Origin: Proteromonas lacertae
Lineage: Eukaryota
Length of the DNA: 60,725 nt
Assembly: GCA_002245135.1 (NCBI GenBank)
Contig: NGBS01000877.1
Location: 186,001-246,725 of the forward strand
Reading direction: 5' to 3'
The notes beneath the pieces are model-generated. The model ran no database searches. It had not been told where the DNA came from and saw only the letters and a program-made list of their open reading frames with translations. Shown here piece after piece: positions 52,818 through 60,725 of this stretch (positions are counted from its first letter, which is position 1; every line of letters begins with the position of its first letter). The position numbers and the translations under genes were made by a program.

Positions 52818-53493
52818 TCAACTATCTAATGGATGTGGACAATTCATGCATTCATAAAACATCTCATCCACACACTTACTTCCCTCTTTTGGATATACAA
52901 TCTATATCATATTAATCATATTTTAATACTTGAGTAGATATTGTAGCAAATTTTCTTATACAACTTTCATTGAAAAATACACCTAGACATTCCCCATACT
53001 TAGCAGCTCTTATTTCACTATAATATAAGTAATACTATTGTCATTTATACCTACAAGCAAGCATTTTACACTCTGAAAGATCCCAAGACTGTAGAAAGTC
53101 ATAATAATGTGTTAATTCGTGTATTACTATCATTTTTGCCTATTTAAAACATACATATATTCACCTGTATATACATAATCTAAATTTGTAGTTTGTTCTG
53201 CACATAATGTAATAGTAGGAGGTGGATTCTGAAAATAACCTCTTGATCTATTGTATGGTTCATCTATGATGTATCAAATATCAAGAATACCCATTTCACT
53301 GCACAAAGCACATTCAATTGTTACAGTAGATGGACGAATATTAGATGGCTATTTATAATTTGATAAACTATACAAATTGTTTGCTTTTCTCATCACAAGC
53401 ATTTATCATCTTTTTCACTGATTCTATCTTCCTTAGTTTTTCAATATACCCTTTGCATCTTGTTAATGTTGGATTCTCTTTATTTTTATTCAT
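52818..53493 (-). CDS. ATP23: Mitochondrial metalloprotease ATP23 (peptidase M76); missed by the ORF track
   Basis: Spliced sequence has ITLCAE, HELTHYYD, D...C..LACSEIRAA, CIRK.A..S, CVDEMF..C...P; five introns. Confidence 0.88.
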
Positions 53494-53617
53494 ATACTCT
53501 CTTTATTCTCTTTTTTTTAATTTCAAAAATTATATTCGTTTCATAATTATAAAAAATATTCAAAAAATATCATTAAATTAAAACAGAATGAATTTAATTT
53601 AATTATTATTATTATTA

Positions 53618-56600
53618 TTATGGTGTGGTTGGTTCATTTAATAATCCGTCTATTTCACTCAACATATTCAGTAATCTTTCTTCTGTAGCTTTCTTTTGAG
53701 TTTGTATTTGATCTACTAAAGCTTGCATATATTCAGTCTTATTAGTAATAGTAGGTAATGGAATATTATGTTGCTCTAATAATGTCTTTAAATCTAAACT
53801 AATATTAAATTCACCATCATCTTCATCATAATCACTACTATCAGATCTACTTTCCATTATATCTTTAGAATTTCTCTGTTGTTGTAATAATAACTTTATT
53901 CTCTCATTTAAAGGTGATAAACCTGCATCAGAAGAGTATAATGAAGATAATTCTTCTTTAATTTTATTCACTAACGGAGTTAATTTGGCATTTATTGTTT
54001 CTGATTCATTATTTCTAAATTTTTCTAATATGTCAATATAATCCAAAACATCATCTGTTGGAGGGATTTTCAAATTATTCTCTTTCATTATCTTCAACAA
54101 TTTCATTCTAAGATTCTCCAATTTTTCATTTTTATACAATATATCAATATTATCACACATTATAGTATCTAATGTAATATTTTCATTCATCGTTATATTA
54201 TTTGCATTTCTCACTATCATTGGAGTATAATCAAATGATTTACTTAAAGTGATTTCTGATTGGCTAAAACTATCTTCACCACCACCTAAACCATCTTGTA
54301 AACGGTAAAATTGAGGTGGTTTGATTGGTGTACAGAGTGATTTGGCTATTCCTAATTCAGTATTGAGTGATGATATTTGATGTTCATATTGATCTATTTT
54401 GTTTCTTAATATCATTATTTCTTCATCTTTATTATTATTATCACTACTAATTGTTAGATTCAGTTGTTGTATTATGTCTATTTTATCAAATTCTGATTTT
54501 GAATATGGTATTGATAATAAATCTAGATCTACATGTGATAAATCAAATTGAACTGATGTTGATTCATCAAATGGCTTTTGTTGTTGTGGTAATTTTGCTG
54601 GTGAATTTTGTTTATATTGAGATAATTCCTCTGTTAATGTAATAATCTGTTCTTCATATTGAGACAATTTCTCTCTCATTTCTTCAATCTCTAAATCTGT
54701 TCCATCAAAATATAGTGTTTGAAGTCTGTAGGATGTAGTTGAAAGATAATTTGATTTGATTTCTTCAGGATTAACATAAGCATGTAATTGCTGTTCAAGT
54801 TCATTGAAAATAGAAATTGTATTTTCTTTCTTTTCTCCACTATTACTGCTGTTATTACTGTTATCTAAATCATTATCAGAATCAGATAATAAAGTAATCA
54901 TCTTTGTATATCCATATCTTAAATTGATTTGATCTTGGTGTAGATAATTATTGATTAATTGAGATGGTTTATCTTCATCAATACCTGGACTTTTCAATGG
55001 AGTATATTGTTGTTTGTATTGTGATAATTCTTGGGTTAATGCTAAAATTTGATTTTCATATTGTTCTATTTGTTCTTTTAATGTTGTTTCTGTTTGAATT
55101 GGAGGTATTTCAATTGATAATGGATTTGGTAAATATGATATTAATGATGTATATATTGGAGTAGATAAAGATAGTTCTATACTGTAATTATTATCGGTAT
55201 AAGAATGATTTATTTGAGATGTTGATGTTGGTTCTATATATATTGAATATTCTTGTTTATATTTAGATAATTCTGTGGTTAAACATTCAATTTGATGAAT
55301 ATATTGACTTATTATTTCTTGAGAATTATCACTTATTTTTATTGTTATTACATTGTTTTCTATCTTTGATAATTCAGATGGTTTATTCTCTACCAATATT
55401 GAATCACATTCTTCTAATTCTAAATTAATTATTGGTTTTTCTTCTTTCATCATTGATGATGGTTCAATATATACTGATTCTTCTTTGTATTTACTTAATT
55501 CACTCGTTAAATCAATAATTTGTTGTTCATAACTCTTTAATATATCATCTTTATTATCATCATCTTTTTCTTTACTTTCTTCTCCTCTTATGTTTATAAC
55601 ATCATTCATTTGGATTTCATTCGAGGATTCTTTAACATCATCTTCTGTTTCTATTATTATGGAATCATATTCTTCTAATTCTAAATTAATTATTAGTTTT
55701 TCTTCTTTCATCATTGATGATGGTTCAATATATACTGATTCTTCTTTGTATTTACTTAATTCACTCGTTAAATCAATAATTTGTTGTTCATAACTCTTTA
55801 ATATATCATCTTTATCATCATCATCTTCTTTTTCTTCTTCTTCTCCTTTTATGTTTATAACATCATTCATTTGAATTTCATTTCTAGATTCGATTTGAAC
55901 TATTTCACTAGATAATACTTCACTTGATTCATTCTTTTCGATATAATTAGATGGTTCTTCTCTCATTGCTTCAATTTCAGAGTGATAAACATCAATATTC
56001 TTTGATTGTTCTTCCTTCTCATTATCTTCCCATGAATAACTTTCATAATCTACAAATGATAATTCCATATCATTCGATTTACCCTTCTCTTCATTTTTTT
56101 CTTCTTTTTCTATCATTACCATATCATATTCTTGAATTATTAATTCAACATCTTTCTCTTTATTCTCTTCTTCCACCATTTCTGAATGTGAATTCATACA
56201 ATTTTCATATTTGTCAGTCATCTCTTTCAGTTGTTCTAATAGTTTGCTGTTATTCTTTTGAATATGTTCTTTCTGTAGTGTAACTGTATCTATTTTATCT
56301 TGTAAAGTCTTTGAAGATGATAATAAATTATCATTTTGATGATTCAATTCAACTAGTTCTGTAGATTGTTTTATATATTTATCAGTAAATTGATCAAATA
56401 TTTCTTTCAATTCAGAAACATTCTCAATCTCTTTTGGTGTAATATCTAAGTATAATTGAATTGTTTCTATTATTTCATATAGTAAGGATTTGTATTCTTC
56501 ATTTAAAGCTGAATTTTCTTTCAATTTTTCATTTTCTTGTGATATATTTTCTAATAATTCTTTTGTCTCTTTCAGATTCTGTTTCATTTCATTTTCTTCT

Positions 56601-59600
56601 TTTTCTATTTGGTTATATTTTGCTTGTAAATCATCATATTCTCTTTGAATATCATTAATTTCATTTTCTAATATTCCTTCAGCTTCTATAGTTGAATCAT
56701 CTAAAGTAATCTCTTTCACTTTATTATTCAACTCATTCTTTTCATTTTCTAATTCTTTATTTCTATTAACTAAAACTTCAATTTCTTCATTCAATTTAGA
56801 TTTAACTATATTCAGTTCATCAATTTCTTCTTCTTTACTATTCAACATATTCTTTAATCTATCAATCTCTTTCATATTATTTTTCATTGTATTATTCAAT
56901 TCATCTATTTGTTTTTCTAACTTTGTTATTGTTTCTTTTTCTTCAGATGTTTTACTTGTTTGTTCTTCCATTAATTCTTTTACCATCAATTTCAATTCAT
57001 TATTCTGTTGTCTTAACATTTCAACATCTTTTTCATACTCACATATCATTGAAATTTTACTATTTAAACTAATAATATTCTGTTCTAATTGAGTGCTTCT
57101 CTTCTTTAATGAATTTGCTTCTCTTTCCTTTTCTTTATATTTCTCTTTCAAATCATTATTCTCTTGTAACAACACATTACTTTTATTTATCATTACACTT
57201 TCTCCATCTCTCATCATAGAAGAATATTGATCTTCTATATTCATTAACACTGGCTCATAGTCACCCATTATTTCATTCATATGCTTAATGAATGAGTTTC
57301 TTTCATCTTCTATAGACATCAACTGTGATTCTAACTTCTGTATTTTATTATTCAATCTTACATACACAAAACTCTTTTTGACTTGCGAATCAATATTTAT
57401 ATCATCTAAAGATACTGGCTGATATGATAATGTTAATGGTTTATACTCTATTATATCCAATTCATTATCATCATCATTATCTTCTTTTTCTTCTTCTTCT
57501 TCATTTATAATCTCTACATAATCACTTACTAAATAAACCAATTCAATTAATTCTGATGGTGATGGTAAAGGTTCCATTGGCTGTAAATAATTACAAAATA
57601 CTAATTCATTAGCTGAACATGTTGATGAACTAGATGGTGATTTTGGTGACATATTTAATCCAGTAATTGGAAATGAACGGAATGATAATTCAATCAAATC
57701 ATCTCTCGGAGTTTGAGTAGATTCTTCATACACATAAGTAGTAGAAGGGAATTTAATTTCTGTTTCAATAATTGTAGTTATTGGATATTCAACTATATGT
57801 AGCACAACATTTTCTCTTTCTTCTTTCTCTTTAGATAATTGTATTTCTCTCTTTACAGTAAGTGTAGAATCTAAACTATTAATAAAAACATCATCAGTTT
57901 TACTTTCATTTACTAATTCTGTTAATATTATATCAGATAAATCAACTTCTAAACTATTTGATGAATAGAATCCCATTTCTAATTCATTTGTAACTTCTGG
58001 AATAAGTATATCATAGACATCTTTAACTGGTATGTTCATTCTTTCTAATATTATTTTCTCTAACTGTTCAGTAATTTGTTCTTCAGTTATTTCATTACCA
58101 ATAACATCAGTTTTATCATAATCAATCTTCACTTTCAATTCTTTGTATGTTTCATCAATAAACTTTAAATATGGTGAAATATTGAGGTATTTTGATTGTT
58201 GATCATATACTAGTAATTCTCCTAATATCTTATCAAGGTTATTGAATGTATTATTGTGTTTTCTATAATATTTAACTAAGAAATGAACTAATCTACTTTT
58301 ACTGATAACTAAAGCTAAATCATCATCATTTTTGATTATTTCTAACTTATAATAAGTTAATAATTCTGTCACTCTATCATATTTTTCTCTCATTTCTTTT
58401 TCTACTCCCATTAACTCTCTTTTTGTCTTATTTAATTCAAATAATCGGTTAGTGTCCATATTTGATATATCTTTCTTTAATAATTTCTGCTCTTTATCCA
58501 ATTCAGCCAATTTCTTGTGAATGTTCTCTATATCACTTCCTAATTCATCATTCTGTTCATTTAATTCCTTCTGTTTTGATAATAATATTTCTATATCATT
58601 TACTGATGGTTGGAATATTGCAGTATTTCTTCTTATATCATTATCTAATACTTTGCACTTTTCTTTTAATGAATCTATTACTTCTACTAAATCATCCATT
58701 GTAACTGATTCATCAGCATATGTTTTAACTAATTCAATATCTTCTTGTAGCTGTTTCACTTTTTCTTCTAAATCAGACTTGATATTTTCATTTCTTTCCT
58801 TTTCTTCACATAAATCAATTAATTCATTATTTAATCTTTCTTTTTCAATTTCTATTTCTTGAATACTATCTAATATTTCAGAATTCTTTACATCTTTTGT
58901 TACAAGTAATTTCTTCATATTGATTATGGTCATTTATTACTTTCAATAACTCATCTTTATCTGGCAATCTATTGATCAATTCGAACTTCTCATTCTCTAA
59001 TTCATCTATTAGAGCTTGTAACTCTTTACGTTCATCTTTAAGTGAAACGCAGGATTGTGATTTATCTCCATATCTTATATCAAAATCACTAAATTGAATA
59101 TATTCCAATTCATTTGAATTTGGATCTAATAACATTAATTTACTACTTATAATATTCACCATATCATCTATAGATATAGAATAAGAATCTTCATTATATT
59201 CTTCATTGGATATTTGCATTGCTTGATCATATAACTCTTTTAAAGATTCGAACAATATTTCTTTTTCATTATCATCATAATTCATATCAATTAAACTAAA
59301 TGTAATTATTTCATTATTTTTACTCTCACCATCATCATCATTATTCATTATAACATCTACTTTATCATATATAACAATATCATTATCAGTTGATAAACTA
59401 TTTAATAATGATGAACTATCTAGTGATAGTGAATGTTCCATTGTTGCAGTTGATGGTGATGATGATGAGACTGTATCATTTGGATCAAATTGCATTGGAG
59501 CTTGATATTGTAACTCTTTAGTTGAATCTATTAGATTCTGATTTTCATTCATTAATCGAACATTTTCTTTTTTTGTATTGTCTAATTCTTTAGATATACT

Positions 59601-60725
59601 TTTGATTTGTAATTTCAATTCATTTATTTCATTCTCCATCTTTTCATTCTTTGAATTTGTTTCATTAAATAATTCTTGAAGTGACAATAATTCTTTATTT
59701 ACTTTCTCCTTCTCTTTCACTAATTCATTATTCTCATCATTTAGTGTATTTATCTTTAAGTTCATATTCTCTTCATTCTCATCAAAAGTCTGTTTCAATT
59801 CCTCTAATTCATCATCAATACGTTGTTTCTCATATTTCAATTTATTTGTATTATTCTCACTACTTGCTATTCCACTTAATAGTTGAGAATTTTCATTAAC
59901 TAATTTCTGATTCTTCTCTTTCAACTCTGATAATTGATTTGTTAATTGAACGGTTTCAGTATTACTATTAGACTTTAATTCATTCATTATTATTCTCATT
60001 TTATCCATATCTTCATCTTTTCTCTTAATCATTTTCTCTAATTTCTTATTCTCTTGTTCCATTATATTGGTAATCTTCACTATGTCTGATTTACTTCTAT
60101 GTATTCTTCTTAATGGACTTCCTGGTGATTCTGATCTTTTATTATATAATCTTGAAGGTGAAGCAGATGAAGATGGAGTTATTAATGATTTCTTTGTGTT
60201 TTGAATTTGTGGAGACTGTATATCTGATGTGTTATTGTTGGATTAATACTCAATCCAACTTGTTTTGTTTGTAGTTTCAGATTATTAATTGCATCTTCTA
60301 ATTCTATTGTACTGGCTGTCATTGTTTCATTAGTTGATTTTAATCTTTTATTATCATCTTCTAATTCAGATACTGTGTTGGATAATGTGTTTATTATTTT
60401 ATTGTTTTGTTCAATTGTGTTTTGAAGAGATAAATTTTCTTTTCTATTTCACTACATTGTGATTTGATTCTATTAATTTCATCATTATTAAATTGATTAG
60501 ATAATAATGAGAGTTTAATTCATTCACCTTTTGTATTAATTCCACATTCTTCTCATTCTTTTCATTCAATTTTTCTTCTAATTCATTTTTCTCATTTAAT
60601 AACATCTCATTCTCATCTTCTAATTCACTTATTTTCTTATCACTTGAAGTTTTTAATTCTATTTTTGAATCTAATAAAGATTTCATTGCATTATTCAACT
60701 GTTCCAACTTCTCTTTATTCACTTG
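53618..60725 (-). CDS. Giant acidic coiled-coil protein 2 (5' end off the right edge; several frame breaks)
   Basis: 1771-aa, 400-aa and 92-aa ORFs of the same composition, linkable by single-base frame changes near 58880, 60090, 60240, 60440 and 60510. Confidence 0.75.
55400..55881. repeat. Near-identical direct repeat with 261-bp offset inside giant gene 2
   Basis: Two copies of NEIQMNDVINI.GEE...KDDILKSYEQQIIDLTSELSKYKEESVYIEPSSMMKEEK.IINLELEE.DSI. Confidence 0.9.

Noticed and set aside
60080..60520. Four successive frame breaks (near 60090, 60240, 60440, 60510) as recoding or pseudogenisation
   Set aside because: Each is fixed by adding one base in or beside a short run, and they cluster at the sequence end, which is typical of low-coverage consensus errors.
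1..60725. Alternative genetic code or Blastocystis-style stop codons completed by polyadenylation
   Set aside because: Every gene end I resolved has a genomic TAA, TAG or TGA, and almost all apparent in-frame stops fall inside short GT-AG introns.

Overview
Very AT-rich, gene-dense eukaryotic nuclear DNA in the standard genetic code. It holds about 27 protein-coding genes interrupted by tiny GT-AG introns (mostly 24-45 bp, nearly all GTA...TAG), separated by spacers often under 100 bp, so the ORF track shows fragments. IFT172, an LRGUK-like LRR protein and two tubular-mastigoneme-type EGF proteins point to a flagellated stramenopile; a Proteromonas-like opalinate is my inference only. I reconstructed the gene models by hand. 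The most unusual findings are: (1) a single gene fusing two intact two-component receiver domains and a LOV-like PAS domain to a PP2A B'' regulatory subunit; (2) a PH domain-PP2A B56 fusion; (3) an ICP55/XPNPEP3 homologue that has lost all five metal ligands, lying head-to-head with an intact oligopeptidase B; (4) two giant acidic coiled-coil genes with a shared short repeat, each broken by a +1 frame jump at C-TGA-A; (5) a recurring GGCTTGA motif in divergent promoters; (6) PB1-MAP3K-IQ-WD40 and DDT/WHIM-PHD-bromo-PHD-chromo-SH3 architectures. No rRNA, tRNA, CRISPR array or transposon was recognised.
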